NCBI GenBank assembly: GCA_028700905.1
Contig: JAQVRT010000002.1
Span: forward strand, 10,840-42,839
Direction: 5' to 3'
Source of the DNA: Candidatus Iainarchaeum sp.
GTDB lineage: Archaea; Iainarchaeota; Iainarchaeia; Iainarchaeales; CSSED10-239
DNA length: 32,000 bases
Below, one piece after another: positions 18,590 to 28,045 of the stretch (positions are counted from its first letter, which is position 1; each line of letters opens with the position of its first letter). The position numbers and the translations under genes were made by a program. Below the pieces are notes generated by a model, which was not told where the DNA came from, searched no databases, and was given only the letters and a program-made list of their open reading frames with translations.

Positions 18590-18718
18590 ATTTTTTTACA
18601 CCTTTAAAATAAATTATATATAGTAAGAAACTACTTAAAAATATATTTGTTTTTTTATTAAATTAGTTAATTTGTTTTTTTATAATTGTTTTAAACAAAT
18701 GTCCAAGAAATATAGTGT

Positions 18719-20845
18719 TTATTTTTTCTTTTTGTAAACTCTTTTTTTAGGTGGTGTGCTCTCTTTTTTATCATTAGACAAATCTTCTTCTTTAGACTCA
18801 AGAGCATCGTCTTCTTTCATCTTTTTTAAAAATTCTTCTTTTGTAGGGCATTTATGGTTTAAACACATTTCATAACTTTTTCCTCTCTTAGAAGAAACTT
18901 TTATCATTGGAAATCCACAACTTTCACAATATGCGTCTTCAATAGGAGTTACAATTTTGTTTTGAGGTAATGGAAATGTATTTTTACATGCAGGATATCC
19001 TGAACACGCAACAAATTGTTTACCGGTTTTTCCATGTCTTATAATTAAATTTTTTCCACACTTATTACATTTCCCAATGTAATTTTGTTCAGCAATTCCC
19101 CCTCTAAGTTCTTTTGCAATTGCATCTTTTTCTTTTAAAAGTATTTTTATAATTTCATGAAGTATTTTTCTAGATTCATCAACAACATCTTCTTTAGTTT
19201 TTTTACCAGATGCTACTTTTTCCATTTCGTTTTCAATATCAGCTGTAAGTTTAGGTTTTGTAATTGCATCTGAATGTTTATTTAAAACACTACAAACAGA
19301 TATTGCAATTGGAGTTGGTTCAATTTGTTTTTCAGGTTTAATATATCCTCTATCTTTTAATTTTTGTATAATTGCAGGTCTTGTAGATTTAGTCCCTAAG
19401 TTTTGATCTTCCATTAATTTAATAAGTCCACCTTCAGTATATCTTGGTGGAGGTGTTGTAACTTTTTTATCTAAAAATTTATCTTTAATATTTACAATAT
19501 TTCCTTTTTCTAAAAATGGTAAAATCACTTCATTTAATTTTGAGAAAATATATATTTTTTTCCAACCAGGGTCAATTATCCTTTGTCCATTAACAACAAA
19601 AGGTTCTTTTAACACATCAATTAAAACTGATAAATTCTCTGTTTTTGCATCTGTTGAAAGAGTTGCAAGAAATCTTCTAACTACAAGATCATAAATTCTT
19701 TTTTCAGTTCCTGATAAATCTACAGCAATATCTACAGGGTAGATAGGAGGGTGATCAGTTGTTTCTTTATTACCTCTAGATGGTTTTATTGGTTTTTTTA
19801 AAATTTCTTTTACATCTTTTTCATATTCTTTAAGACCACTTAGTTTTTCTAAAATACCTTTAAAATCTAGACTTGCAGGATATACCGTGTTATCTGTTCT
19901 AGGATAACTGATTATTCCTTTTTGATATAAACTTTCAGCTGTATTCATTGCAGTTGTTGTTCCAATACCTAAAGAACTTGCACTTCTTAAAAAATTAGTT
20001 GTATTAAAAGGAGTAGGTTTTTTAAGTGTTTTTTCACTTTTTGAAACAGATATGACAGTGCCTTCTTTTGCATCTTTAATTTTTTCATATATTAAATCTG
20101 CTTTTTCAATATCAAACATTTTATTAAGTTTATGAGTACCTTCAAACTTAATTTTATCTTTTTCAAATAAAATCCTAATCACTCTATATTTTTCTTCAAC
20201 AAACTTATTTCTTTCAAGTTCTTTTTCTACAATTAAATTTAATAAAGGTGTTTGTACTCTACCTGCTGATAAAAACAATTTTCCTTTTCTGTTTGCAATT
20301 ACTGATAAATATCTAGTTAATATAGCACCCCATAAAAGATCTATTTCTTGTCTTGTAAAAACAGAATAAGCGTAGTTAAAATCAAGTTCTCTAAGTTCTT
20401 TAAAAGCAGTACTTACTTCTTTTTCAATTAAAGCACTAAAATAAGCTCTTTTTAATGTTGCTGAAGAATTTTTAATTTTTACATATTCATATGCTTCAAG
20501 ACCAATGGCTTCTCCTTCTCTATCCGCATCTGTTGCAATTATTATTTCATTTAAATCTTTTCTTTTTTCTTTTAAAAGAGAAATAATTCTTTTTTCAACT
20601 TCTTTATATGTGAATTTTTTGTCAGCTAAAAGATCTAAATTAAATATACTCCAATAACCTTCTGGATTTTCAAAATCAACAGTATTTATATGTCCTCTTA
20701 AAGGTATCAGTAAATAATCTTCTCCATCTTTTTTAAAAGAAAAAGTATCTATACCTTTATCTTTAACTGTCGTAAATTTGTTTTTAGAAAGTATAGATGC
20801 AATTTTTTTTCCTGCAATTGCTTTTTCAGAAATAATTAGTTTCAT
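18719..20845 (-). CDS. topA: Type IA DNA topoisomerase (archaeal TopA/topoisomerase III-like) with C-terminal Zn ribbons
   Basis: Toprim block IIATDADREGEAIG. Active-site tyrosine block ISYPRTDN. Two C4-type ribbons (CNKCGK...CSGYPAC; CESCGF...CLNHKC). Lys-rich tail. Confidence 0.9.
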   Translation of the reverse strand: MKLIISEKAIAGKKIASILSKNKFTTVKDKGIDTFSFKKDGEDYLLIPLRGHINTVDFENPEGYWSIFNLDLLADKKFTYKEVEKRIISLLKEKRKDLNEIIIATDADREGEAIGLEAYEYVKIKNSSATLKRAYFSALIEKEVSTAFKELRELDFNYAYSVFTRQEIDLLWGAILTRYLSVIANRKGKLFLSAGRVQTPLLNLIVEKELERNKFVEEKYRVIRILFEKDKIKFEGTHKLNKMFDIEKADLIYEKIKDAKEGTVISVSKSEKTLKKPTPFNTTNFLRSASSLGIGTTTAMNTAESLYQKGIISYPRTDNTVYPASLDFKGILEKLSGLKEYEKDVKEILKKPIKPSRGNKETTDHPPIYPVDIAVDLSGTEKRIYDLVVRRFLATLSTDAKTENLSVLIDVLKEPFVVNGQRIIDPGWKKIYIFSKLNEVILPFLEKGNIVNIKDKFLDKKVTTPPPRYTEGGLIKLMEDQNLGTKSTRPAIIQKLKDRGYIKPEKQIEPTPIAISVCSVLNKHSDAITKPKLTADIENEMEKVASGKKTKEDVVDESRKILHEIIKILLKEKDAIAKELRGGIAEQNYIGKCNKCGKNLIIRHGKTGKQFVACSGYPACKNTFPLPQNKIVTPIEDAYCESCGFPMIKVSSKRGKSYEMCLNHKCPTKEEFLKKMKEDDALESKEEDLSNDKKESTPPKKRVYKKKK

Positions 20846-20860
20846 TAATTAACAGCTCTT

Positions 20861-21331
20861 TTAAAAAGTTGTTTGTAATATTTTGCTTGGTAGGCTTTTA
20901 CTGTTTTTATGTTCTTTTAAAATAGTTAAAACATTTACTTTAATTATTCCGTCTACAGAATAAATATTATCTAAAACTATTTTAAGATCAGGTTTATCTT
21001 GAGCGATTATTTTACAAATTAAGTTATATTCTCCTGTAACTTCACTTATATTTAATATATCTTCATTTTCTTTTAATTTTTTTATAATTTCATTTTTTTT
21101 AGAAGGATCTAAACAAATTAAAAGTTCAATAATTTCATTATAACCTATAATATTATAATCAATTTCTGCAAATATATTTTTTATAATTCCTCTTTGCTTA
21201 AGTCTTTCAAGTCTTTTCTTTATTGCAACATCTGTTAAGTTAATGTCTTTTGCAATATTTGCAAATGAAATTCTTCCATCATTTATTAATTTTTCAATAA
21301 TGTGTTTATCAATTTTATCAATAATTTGCAT
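20861..21331 (-). CDS. Lrp/AsnC family transcriptional regulator
   Basis: N-terminal HTH (ISFANIAKDINLTDVAIKKRLERLKQRGII) plus a C-terminal RAM/AsnC ligand domain. The stop is 15 nt upstream of topA, so the two genes are probably co-transcribed. Confidence 0.8.
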   Translation of the reverse strand: MQIIDKIDKHIIEKLINDGRISFANIAKDINLTDVAIKKRLERLKQRGIIKNIFAEIDYNIIGYNEIIELLICLDPSKKNEIIKKLKENEDILNISEVTGEYNLICKIIAQDKPDLKIVLDNIYSVDGIIKVNVLTILKEHKNSKSLPSKILQTTF

Positions 21332-21355
21332 TTTAATTCAACCTCTTTTAAGTAT

Positions 21356-22075
21356 TCATTTTAATTGATGTCTAGGTTTTAATAAGTTATATTTGTTAAG
21401 ATATATTTCAGTTTTTAAAATTTCAATAAATGGGATTACAAAAATTACAAAGAAACCTGTAGAGATTATAATTCCTGCAGATCCTTTTATTAAAACATCT
21501 ATTATACTTGTAATTATAATTAATATAAAAGAACTAATAAATAATGTTATAAAATGAAACCAATTTCTTTTAAAATATTTTATACTTAAAAGAATTGATT
21601 TTGGAATTAATTCATTTTCAAGAATCATTATTTGTGGAACAAACCAAATCCCTATAGTTATTATTAATAAAATAAATTGCACAATAAAATTATTTAATAT
21701 ACCTATATCATAAAAAATAGAGGATATTAAAAATAATAATAAAAATGTTGAAAAATTAAATTTTAATAATTTATAAAAAGATTTTTTTATTTTATTAAAA
21801 GGAACAGTTTCAGAAAAATTATAATCTTTTCCAATCTTGTATATTAAAACTGTTTGAATCAATGAATAAATAAAAAACAATATAAATGTTGTAAATAGAA
21901 GAATAATAGTTCCTTGCAGAGTATTATTTACAATATTATAAGATATATTTAAAGTTCCTCCAAAAATACTAATTAAAGGATCAATAACAAATAAAAGAAA
22001 GATAAATAATATACTATAAGAAAAAGCTAGTTTGTAGTTTTCTACATATTTTTTAAAACTTAATACAAAATCCAT
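21356..22075 (-). CDS. Polytopic membrane protein of unknown function
   Basis: 239-aa ORF with about six hydrophobic helices. No recognisable motifs. Confidence 0.5.
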   Translation of the reverse strand: MDFVLSFKKYVENYKLAFSYSILFIFLLFVIDPLISIFGGTLNISYNIVNNTLQGTIILLFTTFILFFIYSLIQTVLIYKIGKDYNFSETVPFNKIKKSFYKLLKFNFSTFLLLFLISSIFYDIGILNNFIVQFILLIITIGIWFVPQIMILENELIPKSILLSIKYFKRNWFHFITLFISSFILIIITSIIDVLIKGSAGIIISTGFFVIFVIPFIEILKTEIYLNKYNLLKPRHQLK

Positions 22076-22166
22076 AAATCACACACTTTAAAATTAAATC
22101 AGATATATTATATAATTAGTAGCAATTACTTTAAAAACCTAATCTTATGTTGTGTTTTATTTTGGA

Positions 22167-23396
22167 TTATAAAATCTTTCCTTTTAAATAGTATTTATCA
22201 GCATCAATAATTTTAACTTTTAGTTTTTGTCCAATCTTTGCATTTTCATCAATTACAACTGATAAATAATTATTTGTTTTTCCAACAAATTTATTGTTTT
22301 TTCCAATTTCTGTAATAATTATTTCTTTTTCTTTACCAATTTCTAGTTTGTTTTTTTCTAAAATATATTTTTCAAATATTTTTGTAATTTCTCTTGATCT
22401 TTCTTTTTTAGTTCTAGAAATTAGATCTTTATATTTTTCAGCTTCAATATTTTTTCTCATTCCAAATCTTGAAAGATTAATAAAATTAGGTTTAATTTTT
22501 TTAATGACTTTTATTGTTTCTTTAAAATCTTCTTCTGTTTCTGTAGGGTATCCTACAATAATATCTGTTCCAATTGAAATTTCTGGTATTTCTTTTTTAA
22601 ATTTATCAATTATTGTGTATACATCTTCAATTGTGTAATATCTATTCATTTCTTTTAAAACTTTATTACTTCCTGATTGAATAGGGATGTGTAGAAATTT
22701 ATATATTTTCTCATTTTTATAAATTTTAATTAAATCATCAATAATTATTTTTAAATGTTGTGGATTTGCCATTCCAACTCTAATTTTAAAATCTCCTTTA
22801 ATTTCAATAATTCTTTTTAAAAGCGTGTTTAAATTTTCATTAATATCAAAACCATAACATCCATTATCTTGTGATGTTAACAATATTTCTTTAGAGTTTT
22901 CTTCATTAACAGAATATTCAATTTCTTTAATTATTTTTTCAATAGGTTTGCTTTCAAGCCTACCTCTTGCAAATTTCACTGCACAGTAGTAGCAATTTCC
23001 TAAACATCCATTTGAAATAATTATTGTATCTGTATTTTTTTTTAAATTTTTTTTGTTATTTCCTACATTATTAATTATAACTTCTATTTTTTCTTTTTCT
23101 GAAACTTTAAAGTATTTTGCGTCTGGCATTTCTTTTACTAATGCTTCTTTATCAATATCTACTAAACATCCAAAAATAATTATCTTTTCTTGTGGTATTT
23201 TATTTTCTTTTAATTTTTTTAAAAAATTTAATATTTTTGTTTGTGTTTGTTCTTTAACCCCACAAGTATTAATAAGTATATAATCAGATTTTTTAATTTC
23301 TGCAAAATCTTCTGTAAAGTAATGCTCTTTAACTACATTTTCTGTATCTTTTTTATTAAGTGTACAGCCATATGTTTTTACAAATAGTTTTGACAT
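22167..23396 (-). CDS. MiaB-like tRNA methylthiotransferase, archaeal type (radical SAM plus TRAM; probable ms2t6A37 enzyme)
   Basis: UPF0004 N-domain cysteines (YGCTLN, NTCGVK, GCL). Radical-SAM CLGNCYYC cluster. C-terminal TRAM-like beta domain (KLKVKIIDADKYYLKGKI). Confidence 0.85.
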   Translation of the reverse strand: MSKLFVKTYGCTLNKKDTENVVKEHYFTEDFAEIKKSDYILINTCGVKEQTQTKILNFLKKLKENKIPQEKIIIFGCLVDIDKEALVKEMPDAKYFKVSEKEKIEVIINNVGNNKKNLKKNTDTIIISNGCLGNCYYCAVKFARGRLESKPIEKIIKEIEYSVNEENSKEILLTSQDNGCYGFDINENLNTLLKRIIEIKGDFKIRVGMANPQHLKIIIDDLIKIYKNEKIYKFLHIPIQSGSNKVLKEMNRYYTIEDVYTIIDKFKKEIPEISIGTDIIVGYPTETEEDFKETIKVIKKIKPNFINLSRFGMRKNIEAEKYKDLISRTKKERSREITKIFEKYILEKNKLEIGKEKEIIITEIGKNNKFVGKTNNYLSVVIDENAKIGQKLKVKIIDADKYYLKGKIL

Positions 23397-23409
23397 TTTA
23401 AATCTTTAT

Positions 23410-23811
23410 TTATTTTTTTGAAGCAATAATTCCTATTGCTCCTGAAATAATAAACTCTAAGAATGCAGATTTAAAAAAGAAATCATAATTATTAAAAATA
23501 AATTTAAATAATTCTTTCATTGGCAGATTATTTAAGTTAATAATATTCCAATAGAAAAAGAAAAAAGCTAAGAAATAACTAATAATTCCAACAATTAAAA
23601 AAATTATTAATAAATTATATTTATTTTTAATTTCCATATATTTTAATGTATATTCTGTAAAATAATACATTCCAAAGAATCCCACAATAGGAAGTAACAT
23701 ATACATTGGAGATTTAAAAAAATCACTTGGTGTTATAAAATATATTAATAAATAACTAATAATGATTGTTATTACAAACCAACTGATTAAAGAATAATTT
23801 ATTTTTTTCAT
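23410..23811 (-). CDS. Small four-TM membrane protein of unknown function
   Basis: 133-aa hydrophobic ORF ending 13 nt upstream of the methylthiotransferase gene. No motifs. Confidence 0.45.
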   Translation of the reverse strand: MKKINYSLISWFVITIIISYLLIYFITPSDFFKSPMYMLLPIVGFFGMYYFTEYTLKYMEIKNKYNLLIIFLIVGIISYFLAFFFFYWNIINLNNLPMKELFKFIFNNYDFFFKSAFLEFIISGAIGIIASKK

Positions 23812-23937
23812 AGTTTTTCATAGTTTTAAAATTTTTATTTAAATTATAATATTAAATAATAATAGACTAAAAACTATAAATATCTTTCTTATTTAAAAAA
23901 ACACTAATTTATATATTTTTTTATAGATTATATTCCT

Positions 23938-24939
23938 ATGGCTGATAAAAAATCAGATTTAAACACAATTAGTTTTATTAATCAAAAGACTATTAAAAAA
24001 AAGGCAGCCATACCAAAGATTAAAAAAAAGTTTTCTATAATTAATTACTTTAAAGAAAACAAACCAATTTTATTAAAAAATTTAAAATATTTTTTCTTAG
24101 CCTCTTTTGGAGTTCTTTTTTCTCTTTTATTATCTGTTTTGATTTTTCCTGAAAACATAGGTTTATTTACAATAATTTTAACCACTTTGTTTTTAATGCC
24201 TCAAATATATAAACAATCTAAATATAGTCAATTGTTATTTGGAAGATCTAAAAAAATAGAACATAAAGGAATTAGCATGGTTGAAATGTCTGTTCCTAAA
24301 AAAACTAATTTTTTAAGATTCAATCAACTATACAATGAAAATAAAGATTTAGTTGATCTTTTTTTAATTTTTTTCTTAGGTATTTTTTTAACAATTATGT
24401 TATTTATTTTAATTGCTCCTTTTGAAGTTTCAAGCAATGCTTTTTCAACCATTGGGTGGGATAATAATCTTGTTCCTTCAAAAGATATTGGTTTTGATAA
24501 TCAAGATAAATTAATTATTTTCAAAGAAATTTTTGTAAACAACTTATCAGTAATATTTGTTTGTTTTTTATTTGCTTTAATTTTTCCTTCGGCAGGAATT
24601 TTAATTGTTGTTTGGAATGCTATTCTTTGGGGGGTTATTTTTACTCAATATATGTCATTGTATAGTTTAGTGTATAATGTTTCTTTTTCAGTTGTTTTTC
24701 TTGCTGTTTTTTGGAGTGCTATACCACATATATTTTTAGAGGCAATAGGTTATTTTTTTAGCACCATTGCAGGAATTATTTTAGCTATTTCAATAAAAAC
24801 AGATTTTCATGATACTGACAGGTTATTTCTAATTTTAAAATATTCAATTGTTCTTTTAGGTTTTGCAATATTTTTTGCACTAGCAGGTTCTTTCTTTGAA
24901 GCTTATTTCTATGATATTTTTAAAAATTTGTTTTTATAA
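23938..24939 (+). CDS. SpoIIM/DUF95-like integral membrane protein (tentative)
   Basis: Polytopic protein. The core NNLSVIFVCFLFALIFPSAGILIVVWNAILWGVIF ... IPHIFLEAIGYFFS resembles the stage II sporulation protein M family fold. Confidence 0.55.
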   Translation: MADKKSDLNTISFINQKTIKKKAAIPKIKKKFSIINYFKENKPILLKNLKYFFLASFGVLFSLLLSVLIFPENIGLFTIILTTLFLMPQIYKQSKYSQLLFGRSKKIEHKGISMVEMSVPKKTNFLRFNQLYNENKDLVDLFLIFFLGIFLTIMLFILIAPFEVSSNAFSTIGWDNNLVPSKDIGFDNQDKLIIFKEIFVNNLSVIFVCFLFALIFPSAGILIVVWNAILWGVIFTQYMSLYSLVYNVSFSVVFLAVFWSAIPHIFLEAIGYFFSTIAGIILAISIKTDFHDTDRLFLILKYSIVLLGFAIFFALAGSFFEAYFYDIFKNLFL

Positions 24940-25016
24940 TTTTTATTTTTTAAAAAGTATTATAAATATATTGTATTACTATATTAATTGTAAAAATATA
25001 AATAAAGTGATTAATT

Positions 25017-25997
25017 TTGACATTAAAAACAGATGCTTCTTTTCCATGGACTGAAAAATATAGACCAAAGACTTTAGATCAAATGGTTGGTCAGACACAT
25101 GTAGTCCCTAGACTTAAAAAATATGTTGAAAAAAGAAGTATGCCTAATCTTTTATTTGCAGGACCTCCAGGTGTTGGAAAAACCTGTTCTGCAGTAGCTC
25201 TTGCAAAAGAACTTTTCCAAAATACTTTTTCACAAGATTTTCTAGAGCTTAATGCTTCTGATGAAAGAGGTATTGGGGTTGTAAGAGGTGCTATAAAAGA
25301 TTTTTCAAGAACTATTCCTTTAGGAGCAGATTTTAAAATTATTTTTTTAGATGAAGCAGATGCTTTAACAGTTGATGCTCAACAAGCTTTAAGAAGAACT
25401 ATGGAAAAATACACTGGAACTGTAAGGTTTATTCTTAATGCAAATTATTCTTCAAAATTAATTACACCTATCCAGAGTAGATGTTCTCTTTATAAATTTA
25501 AACCAATATTAAAAGAAGACATAATTAAATATTTAACAATGATTCTTATAAAAGAAAATGTTTCTTATGATCAAGAAGCATTAGATGCAATTTATGATGT
25601 TTGTGAAGGAGATATGAGAACTGCAATTAATTATCTTCAAGCAGCTTCTTCTATTGGAGATAAGATTACAAAAGAAATAATTTATGAAGTTTCAAATTCA
25701 GCTCAACCTCAAGATATCTTTCATATGATAGATGCTTGTCTTGAAGGTGATTTTTTAAAAGCAAGAGGTTTTATGGAAAAACTTCTTTTTGAACAAGGTT
25801 TAAGTGGAGAAGATGTAATTAATCAAATTTATAAAAAATTTATAGTCTATCCTGAAGATAAAATTACAATTGATCTTAAAGTAAAAATTATTGATCGTAT
25901 TGCTGAAATTAATTTCAGATTAGTAGAAGGTGCAAATGATAGAATACAGCTTGAAGCTTTACTTGCACAAATAATTTTATTAAACTCAAATAAATAA
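25017..25997 (+). CDS. rfcS: Replication factor C small subunit
   Basis: WTEKYRPKTLDQMVGQ, Walker A GPPGVGKT, Walker B FLDEADALT, SRC motif PIQSRCSLYKF. TTG start at 25017 preceded by an AAGTGA partial Shine-Dalgarno motif. The conserved WTEKYRP block lies upstream of the first in-frame ATG, so a non-ATG start is required. No intein. Confidence 0.9.
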   Translation: MTLKTDASFPWTEKYRPKTLDQMVGQTHVVPRLKKYVEKRSMPNLLFAGPPGVGKTCSAVALAKELFQNTFSQDFLELNASDERGIGVVRGAIKDFSRTIPLGADFKIIFLDEADALTVDAQQALRRTMEKYTGTVRFILNANYSSKLITPIQSRCSLYKFKPILKEDIIKYLTMILIKENVSYDQEALDAIYDVCEGDMRTAINYLQAASSIGDKITKEIIYEVSNSAQPQDIFHMIDACLEGDFLKARGFMEKLLFEQGLSGEDVINQIYKKFIVYPEDKITIDLKVKIIDRIAEINFRLVEGANDRIQLEALLAQIILLNSNK

Positions 25998-26009
25998 GGA
26001 AATGATGTT

Positions 26010-28013
26010 ATGGCCTCATATATTGATGATTTAGTTGGAAAATATAGTTTAGAAAAAGATAAACAAAAAGAAGAAGCTAGAAAAGCTTCTGAAAATAATA
26101 CTGAAAAGAGGGAAGAAATTTCTCTAGATTCAAAGAAAGAAACTTTAAAACAAGACAATTTCTTTGAAAAAAAATCAGTTGATATAGATTCTTCTCCAAA
26201 ACCTCAAGAAAATTCTTCTTTTACACAAAATAAAAAAATAATGGATTTATCAGAATTTAATTCTTCTAAAAAACAAGAAAAAGTAAATTCTACAGAATCA
26301 GAAGATTCTTTATTTGAAAGATTAAAAGCAAAGAATGCTGAAACACAAGCACCTTCTGAAAAGAAAAAAACATTAGATATTGGTGATTTATCCGAAAAAG
26401 AAAAAAAATTAATTGATGATGATAAAGATTCTGTTTTTGATACAGATACTCAAAAACAAAATAAACTTGATGCCCTTTCAAAATTAAAAGCTCTTAACAC
26501 AAACACAGAAATTAAATCCTCAGAACTTTCTGAAACAAAAGGAGATTCTGCTTTTGAAAAACAAGAAGAAAAAATAGATGGTGCTACATTAATTACAAAA
26601 TATGGAGAGGTTAAAATCTATAGATTAGATTCTCAATCTATTTTACACTATTCAGTTCCAGTACCAAAACCAAATCCTAGTCAAAAAATAATAATTAATA
26701 CTTTAAAAGAAGCAACTACAAGACTTGTAGCTTCTGATCCTTATAAAATAAGAGATCCTCTTCAAAGAAAAAACATATATTATCAAAAAGTAATTGATAT
26801 TTTAGAAACTGCACAAGAGATAAACATTCCAAAACATCTTTATCCATTTTATGCAGATGCAGTTGTAAAAGAAATGACTGGTTATGGTGTAATTGAACCA
26901 TTACTTGAAGACGATAAGTTAGAAGAAATTATGATTGTTGGTCCTAAAAAACCAGTGTATGTTTTCCATGTAGATTATGGAATGATGACAACAAATATTG
27001 TTTTCTTTTCAGATGATGGAATTAATGATATTATTGATAAAATTGCAAGATCTTTAGGAAGAAGTGTAGATATTTCAAATCCTCTTTTAGATGCAAGACT
27101 TCCAGATGGATCTCGTGTAAACGCAACTGTGCCTCCAGCATCAATTGATGGTTCTACAGTTACTATTAGAAAGTTCAGAGATGATCCTTACACTATAATT
27201 GACTTAATAAACTTTAAAACACTTAATTTAGAAGTTGCTGCATTCTTGTGGTGTGTTGTTGAAGGATTTGGTGCAAAGCCTGCAAATATTTTAATTTCAG
27301 GTGGAACAGGTTCTGGAAAAACAACTACATTAAATGTTCTTGCAAACTTTATTCCTGAAGCAGACAGAATATTAACAATTGAAGACACTGCGGAATTAAG
27401 ACTTCCTATAAAGCACGTAATTAGATTTGAAGGAAAACCACCAGGCCTAGAAGGAAAAGGTGAATTAAGTTTAGAAATCTTAACTAAAAACACTTTAAGA
27501 ATGAGACCTGATAGAATAGTTGTAGGTGAAATTAGACACAAAGAAGCAACTACTCTTTTCACTGCCATGAACACTGGTCACGATGGTTGTATGGGTACAG
27601 TGCACGCAAATTCTGCAAAAGAAACAATTGTAAGACTAACTTCTCCACCAATGGAAGTTCCTCCTTTAATGCTTGCAGGAATTGATTTTATAATTATTCA
27701 AAAAAGATTAAGAACTTCAAAAGGACAAGTTAGAAGAATCACAGCAATTGCAGAGATTATGGGTGTTTTAGATGGAGATCCAAAGATAAATATGGTCTTT
27801 GTATGGAATCCTGAAACAGATTCTCTTGAAAGAACTAAAGAACCTATACTTTACTTTGATTTAATTAAAACATACACAAATTTAAGTGATCAAGATATTT
27901 TGAATAAAATTAGTGATAGGGCAAAAATCCTTGAAGATTTACGTTCAAAGAAAATTAGATCTATAACTGAGGTTGCAGAGCAAGTCCAAAAAGAATATAT
28001 ACTAAAAAGATAG
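26010..28013 (+). CDS. Type IV pilus assembly ATPase (archaeal FlaI/EpdL / bacterial TadA-CpaF family) with a ~190-aa disordered N-terminal extension
   Basis: Walker A GGTGSGKTTTLN, Asp box ILTIEDTAEL, Walker B RPDRIVVGEIR, His box TGHDGCMGTVHANS. Residues 1-190 are Lys/Glu/Ser/Asp-rich low complexity. Confidence 0.9.
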   Translation: MASYIDDLVGKYSLEKDKQKEEARKASENNTEKREEISLDSKKETLKQDNFFEKKSVDIDSSPKPQENSSFTQNKKIMDLSEFNSSKKQEKVNSTESEDSLFERLKAKNAETQAPSEKKKTLDIGDLSEKEKKLIDDDKDSVFDTDTQKQNKLDALSKLKALNTNTEIKSSELSETKGDSAFEKQEEKIDGATLITKYGEVKIYRLDSQSILHYSVPVPKPNPSQKIIINTLKEATTRLVASDPYKIRDPLQRKNIYYQKVIDILETAQEINIPKHLYPFYADAVVKEMTGYGVIEPLLEDDKLEEIMIVGPKKPVYVFHVDYGMMTTNIVFFSDDGINDIIDKIARSLGRSVDISNPLLDARLPDGSRVNATVPPASIDGSTVTIRKFRDDPYTIIDLINFKTLNLEVAAFLWCVVEGFGAKPANILISGGTGSGKTTTLNVLANFIPEADRILTIEDTAELRLPIKHVIRFEGKPPGLEGKGELSLEILTKNTLRMRPDRIVVGEIRHKEATTLFTAMNTGHDGCMGTVHANSAKETIVRLTSPPMEVPPLMLAGIDFIIIQKRLRTSKGQVRRITAIAEIMGVLDGDPKINMVFVWNPETDSLERTKEPILYFDLIKTYTNLSDQDILNKISDRAKILEDLRSKKIRSITEVAEQVQKEYILKR

Positions 28014-28045
28014 TATATATATTTAAAATAGAAATAAAGATTTTA

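Noticed and set aside
22294-23283. Two plus-strand ORFs (22294..22638 and 23053..23283) inside the MiaB-like gene
   Set aside because: Both are antisense shadows with Ser/Phe/Ile-rich translations. The minus-strand frame carries all the radical-SAM motifs.
25847-26158. 103-aa minus-strand ORF across the rfcS/ATPase junction
   Set aside because: Antisense to two supported genes. Ser/Phe-rich shadow frame.
26290-27574. Three minus-strand ORFs (26290..26481, 26716..26901, 27188..27574) inside the pilus ATPase gene
   Set aside because: Antisense shadows. The plus frame has the Walker A/B, Asp and His boxes.
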